From IMG/VR virus record IMGVR_UViG_3300035070_002626, positions 1 to 64,000 of that record: 64,000 bases of DNA, one strand, 5' to 3'. Under the pieces are notes generated by a model, which did not search any database, was not told the DNA's origin, and worked only from the letters and a program-made list of their open reading frames with translations. Position 1 is the stretch's first letter. Each line of letters opens with the position of its first letter. Made by a program: the position numbers and the translations under genes. Shown here in pieces: positions 47,747-56,461 of the stretch.

Positions 47747-48445
47747 TTACTTTCCACAGGAAAACTCTTGTTGCAATTTGATGTTGTCAAAGAATTCTTT
47801 CTTTGTACCAGAGTCTTCCCTGAAACTACCTTTAAGCACAGTTGTTTGGGTAAGACTACTACTCGCCATAATGCCGCGATTCTCACAACAACCGTGTGTT
47901 GCTTGGATATACACACCCAGGTTTTCTGCACCGGTGGCGCTGGAAATCTCCCGTGCAATATCATTTGCAAGTTCTTCTTGTAGAGTTCCACGCCGAGCGC
48001 ACCATTGTGCAATACGTGTGTACTTGCTGAGTCCAATAAGTTTATCAGCAGCAATAATACCAATGTATGCTACACCGCTTACTGGCTGGTGGTGATGACT
48101 ACACATGCTCTTTAGCTCACTGCGCACTACTAGCATACCTTCATAGCGATCGTCGCTGTCATTGGGAAATGCAGTTGCACTTGGCATAGGATCATAACGT
48201 CCTGCCATGATCTCGTTAAAGTACATCTTAGCCAGTCGACGTGCAGTGCCGTGTGAGTTAGGGTCGTTCTCTCGATCAATCAACAGTGTGTCGAGCACAC
48301 CTTCAAACGCTGTAGTAGCCTCGTTAATCAAATCTTCTTTAATGTTAGGTGTAATATAATCTGAAATATTATCGCCGGCCCAGTATCGTTTGCCTTCTGC
48401 TGTCATATTATCACGCAGAATTTGCGATGTTGTTTTGTTTGTCAT
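47747..48445 (-). CDS. folE: GTP cyclohydrolase I
   Basis: T.RR.AKM, SMCSHH, IGLSK..R, LQE, H.C...RG. Confidence 0.95.
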   Translation of the reverse strand: MTNKTTSQILRDNMTAEGKRYWAGDNISDYITPNIKEDLINEATTAFEGVLDTLLIDRENDPNSHGTARRLAKMYFNEIMAGRYDPMPSATAFPNDSDDRYEGMLVVRSELKSMCSHHHQPVSGVAYIGIIAADKLIGLSKYTRIAQWCARRGTLQEELANDIAREISSATGAENLGVYIQATHGCCENRGIMASSSLTQTTVLKGSFREDSGTKKEFFDNIKLQQEFSCGK

Positions 48446-48451
48446 TTGTTT

Positions 48452-48478
48452 CTCCGAGTTAGGGTCGTGGATGACCAC
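48452..48478 (-). promoter_or_regulatory. Candidate compact pseudoknot leader sequestering the folE RBS
   Basis: GGUC-AUCCAC-GACC-CUAAC-UCGGAG; loop UCC is complementary to GGA of the Shine-Dalgarno. Confidence 0.4.
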
Positions 48479-48488
48479 AATTGTTTAT

Positions 48489-48517
48489 ATTGTAATGTAT
48501 ATTTAGACAGATGTCAA
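48489..48517 (-). promoter_or_regulatory. sigma70-type promoter for folE
   Basis: TTGACA-N17-TACAAT, with a nested CTAAATA motif. Confidence 0.7.
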
Positions 48518-48518
48518 C

Positions 48519-49115
48519 TTAGTCGGTAATTTTTATTTTAGTGAGATCTGGATAAGTTACTTTTTGTGTATCTGGGTCTTTGAGTTGATTTGCGGCAAGC
48601 ATTTCTAATCCTTTAACACAATCTTCAATGGTAGGACGATAATGGTATCCAACTTGAAAGTTAATTTGGTCTTGCCAAGGACTTATACTTAAATCTCTGC
48701 CATCGTAACTAGCACGTTTCAGCCAATGATATTCTTCTTCGTTGTCCAACAAGATTGCGCCACCATGTCCTATTTCCAGTGTTTTGCTGTAACCAAAGCT
48801 CAAACACTGTTGTTGTCCTGGACGGTACATATCACGCTCAAAGCGTCTTGCACTGTCCCAAATATTTGTTGGAGAAATTTTATATTCCCCTTCCCAATCA
48901 TATTCGTCCATTGAGTATGGTATTGCAAGTTTATGAAATATCATTGGCACACTGAGATAAGTTCTTGTAGGAATTCTACATCTTAGTAGGAACCTTTGTT
49001 GCCGTCTCAAACACAATTCAATTGCATGTGTGCAGCAATCTGTTAATACAACATAAGGAGCGCCAGTGAATTTGCTTAGTGCTTGTTCGAATTCAGTAAA
49101 CTTAGTGAAGCTCAC
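48519..49115 (-). CDS. Short DegT-like PLP aminotransferase
   Basis: DCCTHA, TYLSV, WDSA, SF...K.L..G.GGAIL. Confidence 0.72.
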   Translation of the reverse strand: MSFTKFTEFEQALSKFTGAPYVVLTDCCTHAIELCLRRQQRFLLRCRIPTRTYLSVPMIFHKLAIPYSMDEYDWEGEYKISPTNIWDSARRFERDMYRPGQQQCLSFGYSKTLEIGHGGAILLDNEEEYHWLKRASYDGRDLSISPWQDQINFQVGYHYRPTIEDCVKGLEMLAANQLKDPDTQKVTYPDLTKIKITD

Positions 49116-50067
49116 GTGTATACCACTTCCATGCATGTTCAACAATATCATCAGTATGATATTCATTTTGCCAATTTGCTACTTCAAAAAACTTTTTGTT
49201 GTCAGCAACTAATATGTTAGGATCACCGTCACGCATAGGTCCTTCGATTATCTCACGGGGCTTGCTGTTAGATACTACACAACATTTGTTGATAATTTCT
49301 AGATTGCTAGCACCAAGTCCGGTTGATAGATTGTAAAATCCAGCTGTTACTCGATGTTCTGTTGCATAATAGTGCGCTTTGGCAATGTCTGCAACATGTA
49401 CATAATCACGCACACAAGTTCCGTCATCTGTTGGCAATCCTACACCATTGAGTGTAAACACCTGATTATCTCTAATAGCTTCCATTACTCGTGCAATGAT
49501 GTGTGTAGCTGACTTTTCTTGCCCGTGCCGCCCAAGTGGGTCTGCACCAGCAGCATTAAAGTAACGAAATCCAACATAGTTAATGCCATATGCATGACTA
49601 TATGTTTCCAACAGTTGCTCTACCATGTATTTGCTCATGCCATAAGGAGAGATTGGAAACTTGGGGTCGTCTTCATGTATAGGTGTTGCAATTGGATTTC
49701 CATACACCGCAGCACTACTTGAAAAAATAAACTTGCTGTGAATTTTGCGTTCTACCATATAATCCAACAACGTTTTAGTAGCAATAAAGTTGTTGTCATA
49801 GTATGTCTTTGGATCCATAAGACTGGGCCCAACTAAACTTGATCCTGCACAATGCACAATAGCATCTGGGCAATGGAAACTAAAACATTCTAAACCAGAA
49901 GGCGTTGCATATGATTCTTCGTAGTATGAGTCATACCATTGTACAAGGTGCGAACTCAACGGCCGGCGATCTATGCCAACAACTGTCCACCCTTGTTCTT
50001 TGAAATAGATTGCTGTTTGCCCACCGATGTATCCAGCAGCTCCAGTAATAATTACTGTTTTACTCAT
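49102..50067 (-). CDS. galE: UDP-glucose 4-epimerase-like enzyme
   Basis: TGAAGYIG, FSSSAAVYG, SPYG.SK, RYFNAAGA, DGTCVRDYVHV.D. Confidence 0.9.
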   Translation of the reverse strand: MSKTVIITGAAGYIGGQTAIYFKEQGWTVVGIDRRPLSSHLVQWYDSYYEESYATPSGLECFSFHCPDAIVHCAGSSLVGPSLMDPKTYYDNNFIATKTLLDYMVERKIHSKFIFSSSAAVYGNPIATPIHEDDPKFPISPYGMSKYMVEQLLETYSHAYGINYVGFRYFNAAGADPLGRHGQEKSATHIIARVMEAIRDNQVFTLNGVGLPTDDGTCVRDYVHVADIAKAHYYATEHRVTAGFYNLSTGLGASNLEIINKCCVVSNSKPREIIEGPMRDGDPNILVADNKKFFEVANWQNEYHTDDIVEHAWKWYTRELH

Positions 50068-51257
50068 GACTCGATCTTTTTTACTGCATACTTTGCACTA
50101 GCTACATGGTCTCTATAACGATTGCCGGTACGTAGCCATTCTTCGCCATTGCCTTCCATAATATCCACAATTCGGTCAATTGTGCCATCAGTCCAGTCGC
50201 TAATTAATCCCATGTTGTGATGCGGCTCACGCAATAGGTTAGTTAGTTTGTTTTCAGCATCATCAATACTCCACGGAACATACAGTCTATCAGGATCGTT
50301 TGCAAATGTTTCCGGAAAGCTTCTATATGCTGGAAACAACACATTACATCCTAGTGTGTCTGCTTCGCTTACTGTGTTGGATACCCAGTCTTGTAACGCA
50401 CAGTTAAACAGCACACGACTGTCGTTAACAATCTTATAATACTCATCCTTTTTAAGATTTTCGTGAATCTCTAAGATGCCTTGGTCTTGTAATTTTCTAG
50501 CACGGGTTATATAATCTGGATTGTTCGATCGCAATGGACCGCCTTGCAGAATAGCAAATGTTTGCTTACCTGGATAAATCTCGCTATATCGTTCTACTAG
50601 ATCCATAAAGAAGTCAGGTTGCTTTTCTTGATCAAATCGTGCTGTAAATACAATTCGATTAGCACGTTCATAGAAAGGTTTTATTGCTTCTCCTACACGT
50701 TCTTGCACCTCTTGTTTGCCAAATGCAAGCCCAGATACATTGTAGATAGGTGCTTCCCAGCCTGCAATTTTCATGTGTGCTACCATTTCTTCATTGGTAG
50801 CCAGCACTGTTGCAAACTCGCAAACCATCTTTTCGTACAATCCCATCCACTTTGCCATGCCCCAAACATGAACAAAATCATCAGGGTCAATTGCTTGTGC
50901 TAGGCATCGAACAAACACTTTTGGACGTTGATCCGCTGGAATCTGGTCCATGATGTATGGAAGACTTTCGATGCCTGGTTGAAACATGTCTTCAAAATAA
51001 ACTGCATCTTCGCCGGTGCATTCTCCGTTGCGCATCATTTGCACTAGGTTCATAATCTGACTCATACCAAAATAACTGCGTCCGTGTGCATCAAGCACTT
51101 GCCCTACGCTAATACTTTGTGTATCATCAATTGTTTCACCTGGAACATAAACAACATCAAGTCCTCTACGGTCGAAGACACGTTTGTTCCAGTCAGTTAA
51201 TTGAAGGGTGTAACGTGCCTCGTAGCTTTCGAGGCCCATGTAGAAGAGTTTACGCAT
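50064..51257 (-). CDS. GT-B fold glycosyltransferase
   Basis: F.ARFDQEK.P, NCALQDWVSNTVSEA..LG..V..P...SFPE (GT4-like donor motif). Confidence 0.72.
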   Translation of the reverse strand: MRKLFYMGLESYEARYTLQLTDWNKRVFDRRGLDVVYVPGETIDDTQSISVGQVLDAHGRSYFGMSQIMNLVQMMRNGECTGEDAVYFEDMFQPGIESLPYIMDQIPADQRPKVFVRCLAQAIDPDDFVHVWGMAKWMGLYEKMVCEFATVLATNEEMVAHMKIAGWEAPIYNVSGLAFGKQEVQERVGEAIKPFYERANRIVFTARFDQEKQPDFFMDLVERYSEIYPGKQTFAILQGGPLRSNNPDYITRARKLQDQGILEIHENLKKDEYYKIVNDSRVLFNCALQDWVSNTVSEADTLGCNVLFPAYRSFPETFANDPDRLYVPWSIDDAENKLTNLLREPHHNMGLISDWTDGTIDRIVDIMEGNGEEWLRTGNRYRDHVASAKYAVKKIES

Positions 51258-51260
51258 AGT

Positions 51261-51539
51261 TTATCTCCGGCCGTTATAAGGAGTACGGCTTTGATTAGAG
51301 TTGCTTCGATTGTCATTTGAACGGCGAGGACTATGCCCTGCAAAACGCTTGGCATCTTCTTCCCACATATTTTTACAGTTTTTTCCAGCTTGGAATTTAC
51401 GGTATTGCTGATATGGATATTTTTTATTATTATAAAGATCTTCGGGATTATATCGATATCCATAATCGCGACAGAATGAAATGTATGACTCGAGGTCGTT
51501 CCACACTTGGGTTGTTCGAGAATTTTTATAGGTAGCCAT
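51261..51539 (-). CDS. Hypothetical protein
   Basis: AAGGA RBS; within the deazaguanine cluster. Confidence 0.65.
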   Translation of the reverse strand: MATYKNSRTTQVWNDLESYISFCRDYGYRYNPEDLYNNKKYPYQQYRKFQAGKNCKNMWEEDAKRFAGHSPRRSNDNRSNSNQSRTPYNGRR

Positions 51540-51619
51540 TGTATATTCCTTGATGACTAGTTAAAATAAGTGTAGTCAATTTTTTGCCTACAAATATATT
51601 TATACACTGTTTTTTTGTG

Positions 51620-52039
51620 TTATGAATTATTATAATTTATAGTACATCCGTTTTCGCCATCCTCGCTAACTTCAATGACAACATTTCGCCCTGGGTATTT
51701 GCCAGCTACATTAAGATAGATATCGTCTGCAATCATTTCGCAACTTTTGTAATCCAGTGACAAAATTCCATCGCCAAACAGTTTTTGCAACCAACGTGAA
51801 AACTGAATAAACTCGATGTCTCTGTCATTGTGGAATACATCAATTCCCACACGAAAATGAAACATATGCCTGTGCGGATGTCCTAGAAACGATACATCGT
51901 CCCAATCGCCTGTTGCTAATTTAGGATCAGTTAATGCTGCTGGATACTTGTGTATGCCTTCCTTTTGAAAGGTTACCCAAATTTGCCGACGTGCAGATTG
52001 CATCGTTGCATCAATCACGGTGCGTTCATCTTGATTCAT
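51620..52039 (-). CDS. QueD-paralog T-fold protein, DpdL-like (putative CDG decarboxylase)
   Basis: FLGHPHRHMF matches LxxxHRHxF; DRDIEF, SCE, VSEDGENG. Confidence 0.65.
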   Translation of the reverse strand: MNQDERTVIDATMQSARRQIWVTFQKEGIHKYPAALTDPKLATGDWDDVSFLGHPHRHMFHFRVGIDVFHNDRDIEFIQFSRWLQKLFGDGILSLDYKSCEMIADDIYLNVAGKYPGRNVVIEVSEDGENGCTINYNNS

Positions 52040-52545
52040 TATACTACCTTATCTTGTGTGTAAGCACTCCAGGGAGTGAATTTTTCTCTATCCATTAAGT
52101 TGTGCAAACTATGGCACCACACTCCTGGATTTGATTCATTGAAATCAATGTCATCAACTTTGACCATTGCGTTATATCCCCATTGTGATACATATGGAAT
52201 AGATACACGTATTTGTGGAATGAAGTTATCGTATTCGACCATACCGCCTTCTAAACACCATTCTAAGTTAATGTTACTTGGAATATCTAAACTACATATT
52301 ACATCCTTTTTTAGCAAAGGCACTAGCATTTGTTCCCACGCTTCAAACTCATCTGCTGTTTGAGGATTATAACTATGATTAGCTCCAAAGAAGATATGCT
52401 GGCAGTTGTTAGCTTTATATTTGGCTAGTATGCTATCAACCGGCTGGACACCTACTACAAACAAGGTTTTTAATCCATAGGCCGGTGTACGTTCTACTTC
52501 GGTTCCAACAAAGTAGTTAACACCGTCATGTCCTTCACGATCCAT
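52039..52545 (-). CDS. Hypothetical protein linked to the deazaguanine cluster
   Basis: GTEVE.T...G.KTLFV, HIFFGAN, N.GVWC; coupled to the DpdL-like gene. Confidence 0.65.
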   Translation of the reverse strand: MDREGHDGVNYFVGTEVERTPAYGLKTLFVVGVQPVDSILAKYKANNCQHIFFGANHSYNPQTADEFEAWEQMLVPLLKKDVICSLDIPSNINLEWCLEGGMVEYDNFIPQIRVSIPYVSQWGYNAMVKVDDIDFNESNPGVWCHSLHNLMDREKFTPWSAYTQDKVV

Positions 52546-52723
52546 CTTCGATTCCTAACTGTGTTTTTAGTTTTGTCATTTCGTCTTTTACTGCAAGTTT
52601 TTTCTTCTTGATACTGGTAATAGTTTCAACAGAGGTGCTATCACTCTCAAGGTACGAGATCATGTCGTGTAATCGTTTGTGTTCTTTGACTAAGAATTCG
52701 TAGCGTGTTTCTGGAGTTGCCAT
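52535..52723 (-). CDS. DUF465/YdcH-like small coiled-coil protein
   Basis: L..EH..L...I...KKKKL..KDE. Confidence 0.65.
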   Translation of the reverse strand: MATPETRYEFLVKEHKRLHDMISYLESDSTSVETITSIKKKKLAVKDEMTKLKTQLGIEDGS

Positions 52724-52753
52724 TACTAAATAATTCCTTCCTACATTAAACTT

Positions 52754-52782
52754 ATTATACACTAACTATACCATGCTGTCAA
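52754..52782 (-). promoter_or_regulatory. Consensus sigma70 promoter
   Basis: Exact TTGACA-N17-TATAAT. Confidence 0.8.
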
Positions 52783-54289
52783 GTAAATCTAGAGCATTTT
52801 GATCTAAATCTATTTCTTGTTCTGGCTCTTCTACTTCAAACAAACTATTAAACTGTGTTGCTGCATTAACAATACGCTTTCCGGTAAATCCTCTCGTACC
52901 TTTGACACTATCCCAAAATTTGCTGTATTCATTGATGATGCTCATACTTTTATTAAAGTCTTTTGCTGCAAATACACGTTCGACTACATCGCGGAACAAT
53001 ATTCTATCAAATGTTTCTTGTACTAACATGGCAGGAATAACTCCAGCATCGTATTCTCTGTTGGCACGTTGCACCGATTCGATGTGCATCCATACATTGT
53101 GCCCCATAAGCAATGCATACGAAAAACTATCCCATGAAGTTTTTCCTTCTTTGCCAATTTTGTTTAGCATACCTGGGGCATAATGGCATATATCCCCGAT
53201 GGTCATACGTTCTGTAATAGGACTGTTTTCAAAAAGTTTGTGCACACCGTCCTTGAGTACTGCATCTCGGAATGGTGTTGTGTCGCCTGCATATTTTTTG
53301 TTATCAATTGTGGGTTCCATTTGGTAACTCCACTTGCCACGATCTTCAATTCGAATACTATTGTATACTTGCCCGTTTGCTGTAGCAAGAAATGGGCTTG
53401 CACAGTCAAAGCTGATAGTGAAGTTTGCATTTGCATGACGTCTTACGCTGCGTTGAATATCAGTAAGCAAACACGCCCACTCTAGCTTGCTTGTTCCCAG
53501 GAAGTGCATCCAGTCATGCTGCCCTTTTTCAAGCAAACCTTCGTGTATAAGTGTAACCAAACGTTTTAGAACTAGATGCACATCACACATGTTTTGCCCG
53601 CCCATTGCCCAGCCGTTGAATGGTCGATCCATCTTGTCACTGCAAAAGCCTTTCATTTTGTCATACCAATGATCTGCTTCCTGGTGATTTGATCCTTGCA
53701 GCACGTTTAACACCTTTAGGTCGCCACCGCGATTTGCCATCCAAAATTCGTTGTTAAAGTGTGTAGCTGTTACTGCATCATCATAACTATGAATCCCGCA
53801 CAGTGCACTTGCTTTTTTATCCAAGTAAGTCCATGTTGGAATATCCATAGTCATGCCATGTGTAGCAATTCCGTGTTGCCATGCAATAACTTGCTCACGT
53901 TTCTTTTCTGCATTTTTGTCTTTGGGATTAGCCCATTCACCGGGCCACACACCTTTGGCAATCTGGAACCCGCCGCTGTCGGCTAGCATGATAGTGTCTG
54001 CTTCTCTATTACGAACCATGTCTTCTTTTGGCACATGCTTTGATAGATCCATGTCAGCATGCCCAGCACTATACAAACTATATTTGTATGGAAACAACCC
54101 TTCTTTGCTGTTAAGCCAGTTTAAGCTTTCCATATTAGGGATACCTTTAGGCAATCGATCACCGATTATGCTTTTTGATTCATCTGGGTATCGTTCTTTG
54201 CCAATATATCCAGCATAAAAACTGCTAATAGCAGGCAAAAATATTGCATAATCATTTTGTTTTTGTGTTAGGTTATCTTGTTTTAGCAT
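52766..54289 (-). CDS. TGT-superfamily base-exchange transglycosylase, DpdA-like
   Basis: DSGGFQ, MDIP, VLQG, GWAMGG, HFLG, SFD..S and HN motifs; no CxCxxC zinc site; next to clamp/PolB and que genes. Confidence 0.75.
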   Translation of the reverse strand: MLKQDNLTQKQNDYAIFLPAISSFYAGYIGKERYPDESKSIIGDRLPKGIPNMESLNWLNSKEGLFPYKYSLYSAGHADMDLSKHVPKEDMVRNREADTIMLADSGGFQIAKGVWPGEWANPKDKNAEKKREQVIAWQHGIATHGMTMDIPTWTYLDKKASALCGIHSYDDAVTATHFNNEFWMANRGGDLKVLNVLQGSNHQEADHWYDKMKGFCSDKMDRPFNGWAMGGQNMCDVHLVLKRLVTLIHEGLLEKGQHDWMHFLGTSKLEWACLLTDIQRSVRRHANANFTISFDCASPFLATANGQVYNSIRIEDRGKWSYQMEPTIDNKKYAGDTTPFRDAVLKDGVHKLFENSPITERMTIGDICHYAPGMLNKIGKEGKTSWDSFSYALLMGHNVWMHIESVQRANREYDAGVIPAMLVQETFDRILFRDVVERVFAAKDFNKSMSIINEYSKFWDSVKGTRGFTGKRIVNAATQFNSLFEVEEPEQEIDLDQNALDLLDSMV

Positions 54290-54291
54290 TT

Positions 54292-54762
54292 TTAGCCTTC
54301 AAGTTTATAGCATCCAGGACTGATTAGTGCCCATTGACAATGATCGTTTATTATAGCATCCACAGTAACATACTGTTGATCCTCAGTGACTATTCCCCAT
54401 TCGGGAAAAATATAAAAATTATGATCTTCAAGGTGCTTTAATTTAGTAACACCCATTGGACCATAATGTATACAGATGTTCCATGCCGCACCAACTATAA
54501 TCCAATTGTTTGTTTTATGTTGGTGCGACAAGAACTCGCTGGTACTATTTAGATAGATAGTATCATTGTCAAACGTTTCTTCAATTATTGCATCTATAGG
54601 ATCAGATTCAGTCTTTCCGCAGCAGATTTTACTCACAATAGTTAAATTGTTTAATTGTTCAACAACCCGTGTATAAAACTGCCTTGTTGCAGTTTCGTTA
54701 CGCATTCCGTCTACTTTAGAATTCGCTGCCCAGCAATCAATGAATACTACTCCCCAATTCAT
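54292..54762 (-). CDS. Hypothetical protein (weak cysteine-hydrolase-like pattern)
   Basis: VVFIDCW, IVG.AW..C. Confidence 0.5.
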   Translation of the reverse strand: MNWGVVFIDCWAANSKVDGMRNETATRQFYTRVVEQLNNLTIVSKICCGKTESDPIDAIIEETFDNDTIYLNSTSEFLSHQHKTNNWIIVGAAWNICIHYGPMGVTKLKHLEDHNFYIFPEWGIVTEDQQYVTVDAIINDHCQWALISPGCYKLEG

Positions 54763-55493
54763 TACTTGCTTTGTGCTGGCAGAATGTAGTTGTAAACTGC
54801 CAACCCACTATCAACTGTAATTTTAGCAGCGCCGCCATCTGAAATGCGTACAGTTTTATCGCCAGTTAGATTCATAATTGCAATAAACTGCGCAACTGGC
54901 CAACTCCATGATCGTGTTAAGTTGCCTTCTACATCATGATGAAATACAAAATCACCAGCGTGTGTGCTATGATCGCCAAACAAGAACTTCAAGTGCCCAT
55001 CTTCAGTTTTAGTCTGAAAAGTCAATTCTTCAGCATTTGCTTGTGCCATCATTTTTAAACGCATAATACTAGCAGATGTAGGTTCAAACTCAACATTCCA
55101 TGGAATGTCTTTCATCTTAGCATTTTTAAGTTTTTCGTTAACAATTTCACTTACCATGAAGCGATAATCGTTTTTAAAGTCGCCTGCGGCATTTTTAAAA
55201 TGCATACCAACTGGTGCTGATTCGCCGTTACGATCTTGCCGAGTTACGGTAATTTCAGCATTTTCCTTGTATTCAGCAATGTTTAACAGTATCTTTAGTT
55301 TACCCAAGTTGGGCATACCAAATGTACCTATAAATTCAGCAACAGGTGTGTGATACTTTGCATCTAAGACAACACTCTTGTCTTCTGCTAAGCCAGTAAT
55401 AGTTGTTTCAGTATCGCTGCCTGTAATTTTAATAAGTTGGATACAGCCCAAATCATGACTGTGTTCAACCAAGTCTAGTAGATAATCTCTCAT
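54762..55493 (-). CDS. Putative DNA polymerase sliding clamp
   Basis: 243 aa clamp-like beta/alpha pattern; C-terminal ITVDSGLAVYNYILPA; two genes from PolB. Confidence 0.6.
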   Translation of the reverse strand: MRDYLLDLVEHSHDLGCIQLIKITGSDTETTITGLAEDKSVVLDAKYHTPVAEFIGTFGMPNLGKLKILLNIAEYKENAEITVTRQDRNGESAPVGMHFKNAAGDFKNDYRFMVSEIVNEKLKNAKMKDIPWNVEFEPTSASIMRLKMMAQANAEELTFQTKTEDGHLKFLFGDHSTHAGDFVFHHDVEGNLTRSWSWPVAQFIAIMNLTGDKTVRISDGGAAKITVDSGLAVYNYILPAQSK

Positions 55494-56461
55494 TTATTTT
55501 CTCCGGTGTGTTGTATTAAGTGTTTAATTTTGCCCAGGCTTTGCCCGCCTTTGATGCTAGTTCTAATTCCTGGTTTTTGTATTTCTAACCAACTTACGTT
55601 CTTCTTCATATCAAAGCTTGCTACTACATTAAATCCATATCGGGTACACGCTGCTTTTACCAAGTGGCCCGGAGTATAAGTGTAATACGAATTTCTAAAA
55701 TTGTCAATACCAATTGGATAATCACAATTATTATAGGTAAAAATGGCTGTACCTCCTGGCTGTAAAACAGAAAAAATATCGGATAGATACTGTTCAATGA
55801 GCCTCAGAGGGCGAAAATTAAAGTAATCAATTGCAACAACTAACCCAATTTGCCCAGTTGGTAAGTCATGTAACACACTATCTTTTGTTTCATCGACAGT
55901 GTAGTATCGTACTCGGCGCTGATAATCAGTCTTCCATAATTTTTTAACTTCCTTAAACATATCTTGATGATCATCAACTAGGTACAACGGATCACAACTT
56001 ACTAGATGATCAGTTACATCACCTAGTCTAGGGCCGAGTTGCAATGCAGAATGTTTCCAGTTAACATGCTTTGTAATTCGTCCTACAAGAAAATCTCGAA
56101 TTTCGGGATCACCTAGTAGATTTTTAAATCTATCTCGATCAAGTTTATAGTCAGCATCGTCCCTTAACCCTTCTTGGTAAATCTCTTCACTTTTCTCATT
56201 CAAACACGGACCTTCTATTTCACCGAGCTCTTGGCCTAGACACACCCTAAACTTAGAAATATCCTGGTATACTGCGTCTAATTCTCTAATTATATTTTTA
56301 TGTCGGTCCAGTATATTGCTCTTAAGATTATTAACATCAATATCGTATGTATTTAGATCGTTGTTAAACTTCTGCAATAATTTTTCAATTGCTTGCCTTG
56401 ATTCCGTTAAATCTAACTCGTCTAACAGATGTTTATAGTTAACAAGGTTGACTAAATCCAT
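55490..56461 (-). CDS. Coiled-coil + degenerate methyltransferase-domain protein
   Basis: LQLGP..G, ...L.PGG.AIFTYN. Confidence 0.55.
   Translation of the reverse strand: MDLVNLVNYKHLLDELDLTESRQAIEKLLQKFNNDLNTYDIDVNNLKSNILDRHKNIIRELDAVYQDISKFRVCLGQELGEIEGPCLNEKSEEIYQEGLRDDADYKLDRDRFKNLLGDPEIRDFLVGRITKHVNWKHSALQLGPRLGDVTDHLVSCDPLYLVDDHQDMFKEVKKLWKTDYQRRVRYYTVDETKDSVLHDLPTGQIGLVVAIDYFNFRPLRLIEQYLSDIFSVLQPGGTAIFTYNNCDYPIGIDNFRNSYYTYTPGHLVKAACTRYGFNVVASFDMKKNVSWLEIQKPGIRTSIKGGQSLGKIKHLIQHTGENK

Noticed and set aside
52766-54289. Canonical tRNA-guanine transglycosylase for queuosine
   Set aside because: It lacks the C-terminal CxCxxC zinc motif, is much longer than TGT, sits in the replication operon, and queF/queA/queG are absent from the window; not fully excluded
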